Source: Deinococcales bacterium (GTDB taxonomy: Bacteria > Deinococcota > Deinococci > Deinococcales > JAAFIG01). Taken from it: a stretch of DNA of 21,863 nucleotides. Location: positions 1-21,863 of the forward strand of contig JANNVX010000118.1 of the NCBI GenBank assembly GCA_031414595.1. Reading direction: 5' to 3'. The notes beneath the pieces were generated by a model. It was not told where the DNA came from and ran no database searches. It saw nothing but the letters and a program-made list of their open reading frames with translations. The translations under genes and the position numbers were made by a program. This document shows, one piece after another, positions 16,248 through 21,863 of the stretch (positions are counted from its first letter, which is position 1; every line of letters begins with the position of its first letter).

Positions 16248-19200
16248 ATGCGCGATTTTAGTAAAGTTAAAATTCAACTCGCCAGTCCCGAGAAAATTCG
16301 TTCTTGGAGTTACGGCGAGGTTGAAAAACCAGAAACCATCAATTACCGTACCCTCAAACCAGAACGTGATGGGTTGTTTGACGAACGGATTTTCGGTCCC
16401 GAAAAGGATTATGAATGTTCTTGCGGTAAGTACAAGCGTCAGCGTTACGAAGGCAAAGTCTGTGAGCGTTGCGGGGTTGAAGTCACCAAGCGTATTGTCC
16501 GCCGTTACCGCATGGGGCATATCGAACTTGCCACGGCTGCGGCTCATATTTGGTACGTCAAAGACATTCCAAGTAAAATTGGTACGTTACTAGACTTGAG
16601 CGCGGGGCAACTCGAGCAGGTCTTGTACTTCGGTAAGTTCATTGTGACTGACCCACAAGGCGCAATTAAAGATGGTCGTCCACTGAAAAAAGGTGAGCTG
16701 CTATCCGACGAAGAGTACCGTGAATTGCGGATTGGTAAGCAAGAAACCTATGCGCTGCAAGTTGGCACTCAAGCCGAAGTGCGTGACGGCGAATATGTGA
16801 CCCGTGGGCAAAAACTTGGTGGCAATGTTGTCTCGAAGATGGATGGTGTGGCTCAGTACCGTTTCCCACGCAAAGCCACCCTCGAGTATGCGCGAGACGG
16901 TGAAGCTAAATTTAGTTTGCCTAAAGGCGTAACCCTAGAACTCGAGGCGTTCCGTGCGGGCGAAGAAATCTGTGATGGACTTGAAGAACATACCCTTTTG
17001 GCAGCAAGGGACGGTGTGATTAGCATTACCGAACTGGGCGAAGGCTATGGTCGCGGTGGTGTGATTATCGAAGTCCAAGACCCAGAAGATGCCCAAGTTC
17101 TCGAGCGTGTCTTTGTGCCAATCGGTTTTGAAGTCATGGTCGGCGACGGCGAAAGTGTTGAATCTGATACCGAACTGGCTCGAGCCAATGGCGATTTGAT
17201 TCGGATGCCTCGTGGTGCAAGTGCTTCGGGTGTCGGCAGCAAAAAACGTGGTGCAAATCTTGAAGTCAGTTTAACGCTGCATTGGAAGCTCGAGAAAACC
17301 CTCGAGGTCAACCCAACCATGCACGTTCTTGTTGGTGACGGCGCAGAATTCAGCAACGGCGAACGTTTAATTGGGGCAATAGACCCAGCCCAAGAAGTGA
17401 CCGCCGAAGCCGATGGAACACTGACCCTGCAAGAACCCGCCAGCATTATCGTCTCCCGTGCCAAGCTCTACAAGTACGAAGACGAACCAATTGTGGTCAA
17501 TGGCGACCGCGTAGAACCGGGCGACGACTTAGCCGATAAAGGCAACTTAAAATCCGAAATTCATGGTCGAATCGAAATTGACCTTGTGCGCCAACAAGTG
17601 CGTGTGGTCGAAGCCTACGACTTTGAAGCCCGTATGGGTGCAGAAGCGATTAAGCAACTGCTCGAGGGCATTGTTCTCGAGACCCTAGAAGCTGAACTGA
17701 ACGAAGAAATGACCAACCCAAGCCGCCACAAACGAGCCAAAGCCCGTAAGCGCCTTGAAGTTGCCCGTTCATTCCGCAAGAGCGGCAACCGCCCAGAATG
17801 GATGATTTTAGATTCTGTGCCAGTCATGCCACCAGATTTGCGTCCGATGGTTCAAGTGGACGGTGGACGTTTTGCGACTTCGGATTTGAACGACTTGTAC
17901 CGCCGTTTAATCAACCGCAACAACCGTCTGAAAAAACTGATGACCACTGGCGCACCAGAAATGATTGTGCGTAACGAAAAGCGAATGCTGCAAGAAGCGG
18001 TGGATGCGCTAATTGACAACGGTCGTCGTGGCACACCCGTCACTCACCCTGGCTCTGACCGTGCGTTGCGAAGCCTGACCGATTTACTCGGTGGTAAACA
18101 AGGTCGTTTCCGTCAGAACTTGCTTGGTAAGCGCGTGGATTACTCTGGGCGTTCGGTCATCGTGGTTGGTCCGCAACTGAGACTGCACCAATGCGGACTG
18201 CCTAAGCGCATGGCACTCGAGTTATTCAAGCCATTCTTATTCAAGGTTCTCGAGGAAAAAGGTGTTGTCACCAACATCAAACAAGCCCGTAAGCTCTTAG
18301 AACGTTACCGCGATACTCGAGACGAAATTTGGGACGCGCTGGAAGAAGTCATCCAAGACAAAGTGGTGCTGCTCAACCGCGCTCCGACACTGCACCGTCT
18401 TGGCATCCAAGCCTTTACACCAGTCCTCGTCGAAGGTCAGGCTATTCAGTTGCACCCGCTCGTCTGCGAAGCCTTTAACGCCGATTTCGACGGCGACCAA
18501 ATGGCGATTCACGTTCCACTTTCGCCGTACGCCCAAGCCGAAGCCCGTATTCAAATGCTCTCGGCACACAATTTGCTTTCACCAGCCAACGGTGAACCAA
18601 ACGTAAAACCTGCCAAAGACATTATTCTGGGTATCTACACCCTGACCCAACCACGCCCGGGCTACAAAGGTGTTGGCGAGAAATTCAAAGACCCAAGCGC
18701 GGCACTCGAGGCATATAACAAGAATAAACTGGATTTGAACTCTAAAATTGTCGTGGCTGGCAAAGAAACCACGGCTGGCGCAATCAAATACATCTTCTCT
18801 AACCTAGACGAAGCCTTACAAGCCGTCAATCGCGGTGAAATTGACACCCAAGATACCGTATCTGTTCGCCTAGATTTGGTCGGCGGTACACAAGTGGTCG
18901 AAACCACCACAGGACGCGCCCTTTTCCGCCGAATGGTCAACGAAACCATCACCGAAGACGGCAGTACCATGAGCCGTGAATACGTGAACCTCACCACCAC
19001 TTACGGCAAGAACCCCTTGACCGACATGGTGATTGATATTTTCAAAACCATGGGTGTCGAAAAAACCGCCAATATCCTCGATGCGCTAAAGAGCGCTGGA
19101 TTTAAGCTCGCCAGTACCAGTGGTGTGACCGTAGGCATTGACGACGCAGTAATTCCAGTCGAGAAAGTCAGACTGCTCGAGTTAGCCGATGCTGAACTTG

Positions 19201-20834
19201 CCCAGATTAACGAAGATTCCGACATGGGCTTAGTGACCGAAGAAGAACGTTACCGCCAAGTGATTACGCTCTGGACAAATACCACCGAAGATGTGACCAA
19301 CGCGGCTTATGCTAACTTCGAGAAGAACCTGCCTTTGAATCCGTTCTATGTCATGAGCCAGTCCGGAGCGCGTGGTAACAAACAACAACTGCGCCAATTG
19401 ATGGGAATGCGTGGTTTGATGCAAAAGCCAAACGGCGACACCATCGAACTGCCAATCCGTACTAACTTCCGCGAGGGCTTGAACGTTCTCGAGTATTTCA
19501 CCAGCACCCACGGCGCTCGAAAAGGTGGCGCAGACACCGCTCTTCGTACCGCCGACTCTGGCTACCTAACCCGTAAACTGCACGATGTCGCCCATGAAAT
19601 TGTGGTGCGTGAACCAGACTGCGGAACTTCGGATTACTTAAGCATCCCACTGCTCGAGACCGACGGCAAACTCCGCAAAACCTCCGATGTTGAAATGGGC
19701 TTATATGGTCGTCACTTGGGCGCAGACCTTGAAGTTGGCGGACAAACCTTAGAGGCAAACCGCTTACTGAACACCGATGAAGTCAAACTGATTTTGAAGC
19801 ACCAAAAAGAAATTGGCGCTGTACCCGTTCGCAGTCCAATTACTTGCCGTACAAGGGCTGGAGTCTGCCAAAAGTGCTACGGTTTTGATTTGTCACAAGC
19901 CAAATTGGTTTCTAAAGGCGAAGCTGTTGGCGTTATTGCGGCGCAAAGCATCGGAGAACCAGGCACACAACTGACGATGCGTACCTTCCACACGGGCGGT
20001 GTGGCTGGCGCTCAGGACATCACCCTTGGTCTGCCTCGCGTGGTCGAGTTGTTTGAAGCTCGCAAACCAAAAGTTAAAGCCACCTTATCCGAAATTGACG
20101 GTATTGTTAGCATTGCCGATGAAGAAGGCAGTGACAAGATTATCCTTAGTGTCACCGACAACGACATTGCCAAGAAATACAAAGTCGAACGCAACACCCG
20201 TTTACTGGTACGCGAAGGCGACAAAGTAGAAGCTGGACAAGTCATGACACGCGGCGCAATCAACCCAGAAGACCTCCTCGATTCCAAAGGCGTGGAGGCA
20301 GCCCAGCGTTACCTCGTGGATGGCATCCAACAAGTGTACCGTCAGCAGGGTGTAAAGCTGCACGACAAGCACATCGAACTGATTGTCAAACAAATGTTTA
20401 AGTATGTGGAAATTCTCGAGGACACAGGCGACTCAGAATTCCTCGAAGGACAAGTTCTCGAGAAATTTGATGTTGAAACCGAGAACAACCGTCTCGAGGA
20501 AGCTGGAAAGAACCCAGCTTCATGGAAGCCAAAACTGATGGGGATTACCAAGAGTGCGCTCAGCACCAAGTCATGGTTAAGTGCTGCGAGCTTCCAGCAC
20601 ACGACGCACGTTCTTACTGAAGCCAGTGTTAGCGGCAAGGTAGACGAGTTAATTGGGCTTAAAGAAAACGTGATTCTTGGTAAGTTGATTCCCGCAGGGA
20701 CAGGGCTTGCCGAAGTCAAAGAAATTCAAGTCATGGACGATAGATTGCGAGAGAAAGTTCTCGAGGGCAACGACCGTGCTACGCGCCTAGCCCAAAGCGG
20801 CAGCGCACAGATTCAAGCTCCTGCTGGCGATTAG
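16248..20834 (+). CDS. rpoC: DNA-directed RNA polymerase subunit beta'
   Basis: Zn-finger CSCGKYK...CERCGVE, catalytic [23 protein letters not shown], and a lineage-specific insertion of about 295 aa at about 16731-17615. Confidence 0.99.
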   Translation: MRDFSKVKIQLASPEKIRSWSYGEVEKPETINYRTLKPERDGLFDERIFGPEKDYECSCGKYKRQRYEGKVCERCGVEVTKRIVRRYRMGHIELATAAAHIWYVKDIPSKIGTLLDLSAGQLEQVLYFGKFIVTDPQGAIKDGRPLKKGELLSDEEYRELRIGKQETYALQVGTQAEVRDGEYVTRGQKLGGNVVSKMDGVAQYRFPRKATLEYARDGEAKFSLPKGVTLELEAFRAGEEICDGLEEHTLLAARDGVISITELGEGYGRGGVIIEVQDPEDAQVLERVFVPIGFEVMVGDGESVESDTELARANGDLIRMPRGASASGVGSKKRGANLEVSLTLHWKLEKTLEVNPTMHVLVGDGAEFSNGERLIGAIDPAQEVTAEADGTLTLQEPASIIVSRAKLYKYEDEPIVVNGDRVEPGDDLADKGNLKSEIHGRIEIDLVRQQVRVVEAYDFEARMGAEAIKQLLEGIVLETLEAELNEEMTNPSRHKRAKARKRLEVARSFRKSGNRPEWMILDSVPVMPPDLRPMVQVDGGRFATSDLNDLYRRLINRNNRLKKLMTTGAPEMIVRNEKRMLQEAVDALIDNGRRGTPVTHPGSDRALRSLTDLLGGKQGRFRQNLLGKRVDYSGRSVIVVGPQLRLHQCGLPKRMALELFKPFLFKVLEEKGVVTNIKQARKLLERYRDTRDEIWDALEEVIQDKVVLLNRAPTLHRLGIQAFTPVLVEGQAIQLHPLVCEAFNADFDGDQMAIHVPLSPYAQAEARIQMLSAHNLLSPANGEPNVKPAKDIILGIYTLTQPRPGYKGVGEKFKDPSAALEAYNKNKLDLNSKIVVAGKETTAGAIKYIFSNLDEALQAVNRGEIDTQDTVSVRLDLVGGTQVVETTTGRALFRRMVNETITEDGSTMSREYVNLTTTYGKNPLTDMVIDIFKTMGVEKTANILDALKSAGFKLASTSGVTVGIDDAVIPVEKVRLLELADAELAQINEDSDMGLVTEEERYRQVITLWTNTTEDVTNAAYANFEKNLPLNPFYVMSQSGARGNKQQLRQLMGMRGLMQKPNGDTIELPIRTNFREGLNVLEYFTSTHGARKGGADTALRTADSGYLTRKLHDVAHEIVVREPDCGTSDYLSIPLLETDGKLRKTSDVEMGLYGRHLGADLEVGGQTLEANRLLNTDEVKLILKHQKEIGAVPVRSPITCRTRAGVCQKCYGFDLSQAKLVSKGEAVGVIAAQSIGEPGTQLTMRTFHTGGVAGAQDITLGLPRVVELFEARKPKVKATLSEIDGIVSIADEEGSDKIILSVTDNDIAKKYKVERNTRLLVREGDKVEAGQVMTRGAINPEDLLDSKGVEAAQRYLVDGIQQVYRQQGVKLHDKHIELIVKQMFKYVEILEDTGDSEFLEGQVLEKFDVETENNRLEEAGKNPASWKPKLMGITKSALSTKSWLSAASFQHTTHVLTEASVSGKVDELIGLKENVILGKLIPAGTGLAEVKEIQVMDDRLREKVLEGNDRATRLAQSGSAQIQAPAGD

Positions 20835-20850
20835 AGATATTCGGCTCGAG

Positions 20851-20882
20851 AAAACCCCCAAGTTACGCACTTGGGGGTTTTT
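20851..20882. terminator. Bidirectional intrinsic terminator after rpoC
   Basis: AAAACCCCCAAGT-TACGC-ACTTGGGGGTTTT between convergent genes. Confidence 0.9.
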
Positions 20883-21279
20883 ATTGATTGCTTAAAATCA
20901 GTTTTTTATGAACAGGTTTCAAAACCACACATAAACGTACTGCTTCCAAAACAGCTATTTGGGCTGATTGCCCTAAAATCCCACGCTGACTTGTTTGAGT
21001 CAAATTGGCTCGAGGAAAAGTGTACGGTGTTTGGCAATCCACAAACGAATCATGGGTTAAAAATAGTGGATGCTCAACACAAAGCAACTCGGCATGGCAA
21101 GGCAACAAATGTGGTCGCTCTAAAACAAATTGGTTGAGGCTCGAGTTAATCACAAATCCAAGAACGTAATCAGTAGCGATATGAACCACAACCACTAATT
21201 TATACTTGGCTTCAGGACGCATTTGTTCGCACCACAAATGAAAAACATCAAATTGTTATACCTTAATAAAATCGGACAA
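20881..21279 (-). pseudogene. Putative toxin (possibly PemK/MazF-like fold) downstream of the Panacea gene, with an in-frame stop at codon 8
   Basis: From the GAGG-preceded TTG 21279 the frame reads MSDFIKV*QFDVFHLWCEQMRPEAKYKLVVVV...GFVINS...FLTHDSFVDC. The TAA is at 21258-21256. Confidence 0.55.
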
Positions 21280-21287
21280 AAGCGCCT

Positions 21288-21726
21288 CTAAGGATGTGGA
21301 TTATTGATGTACTGAAGCACTTGCGAACCATTCTCGAGGGTCAGAATAATACTCTCGAGTGGCATCACAGAATTGGGCTTTGAATTCCAAGCCTGTTCCC
21401 AAGCCGCGTCATGGCTGGCTTTAGTGGTTTTCGGAAACGATTTCGTACCCCAAATCCTAATGGCTTGGTCTAAGCATTCAATGTCTGATTCACTCAAATA
21501 ATCTAAATTAGCAGAAGCCAACGCCTCAACCACAGGCGAAGATTTTACTCGAGAAACCCGAGAAGCCCCCTCGAGGCTACGCCCCTCCGCTTTTTTCTCA
21601 GCCGCTTTGAGCATACCGTACACCTGATGCGGCACAGGACCAAATTCATAAGCCCGATATTCTGCTCCAAAAATAGTCCGTCCGTACTTTTCCAAATGCA
21701 GCAAATCTGCAAAATACATGACCTTA
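21288..21726 (-). pseudogene. Panacea (DUF4065/SocA/GepA-like) antitoxin, 5'-truncated by IS insertion
   Basis: KVMYFAD..HL..YGR.I....Y.A..FGPVP and SH..AW motifs. The family-like sequence begins exactly at the IS end; the ORF-track N-terminus MRCKSGSYLRTNP is IS-derived. Confidence 0.8.
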
Positions 21727-21863
21727 GGATTTGTCCGTAAATAACTTCCCGATTTACACCTCAAGTCGGTTTAGCCACATAATTCCATTGCGGCATGACC
21801 TTATCAAACACAATACGCATCGAATCCTTGAAGTCATCTGCGACTTTTCGTTTAGTGGCATAA
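21727..21863 (-). mobile_element. 3' end of an ISAzo13-family insertion sequence (truncated by the window edge)
   Basis: Transposase C-terminus followed by a 29-bp terminal repeat (21755-21727) and TAA; a related end occurs at 109-137. Confidence 0.8.
21761..21862 (-). CDS. ISAzo13-family transposase, C-terminal 33 aa (partial; not in the ORF track)
   Basis: YATKRKVADDFKDSMRIVFDKVMPQWNYVAKPT*, with the Y....KV and terminal WNY...P motifs typical of ISAzo13 transposases. Confidence 0.8.
   Translation of the reverse strand, partial: YATKRKVADDFKDSMRIVFDKVMPQWNYVAKPT

Noticed and set aside
16731-17615. Large RpoC insertion as an intein or novelty
   Set aside because: It has no intein C/S...HN termini and corresponds to the known Thermus/Deinococcus beta' insertion.
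12545-20719. Many antisense and alternate-frame ORFs over rpoB and rpoC (likewise over rpsB, tsf, pyrH and rluD)
   Set aside because: These are shadow ORFs of strongly conserved genes with no recognisable motifs.
21727-21764. Intact 158-aa Panacea protein starting at 21764
   Set aside because: The first 13 codons are IS terminal sequence, not the native N-terminus.

Overview
This is a bacterial chromosomal window from the Deinococcota. The evidence is Nqo15, an RpoC carrying the Thermus/Deinococcus-type large insertion, a Deinococcus-like EF-Ts and several leaderless TANNNT-N6-start genes. GC is only about 50% by eye. The core holds rnj, nqo15, VanW, fasciclin, an SRPBCC-PDZ-DinB fusion, an RluD-like synthase and rpsB-tsf-pyrH (no frr), with rpsB head-to-head with rpoB-rpoC. 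The left end carries an AT-rich two-gene operon: a bacterial gasdermin-like protein (191-850) overlapping a HEXXH Lit/M48-like metalloprotease (843-2087). This is the best candidate for a poorly described anti-phage cell-death system. It sits next to an ISAzo13-like IS end and a REP doublet, and is followed by a small-protein/retropepsin pair. The right end holds a decayed Panacea toxin-antitoxin module: the antitoxin is cut by an ISAzo13-family IS and the partner has an early nonsense codon. CTCGAG is strongly over-represented (about 100 copies by hand count versus about 5 expected) except in the gasdermin operon. Candidate RNA structures include a compact H-type pseudoknot in the rnj leader, a pseudoknotted rpsB leader and heptamer arrays between rpoB and rpoC. 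All calls come from motif recognition by eye; no searches were run.
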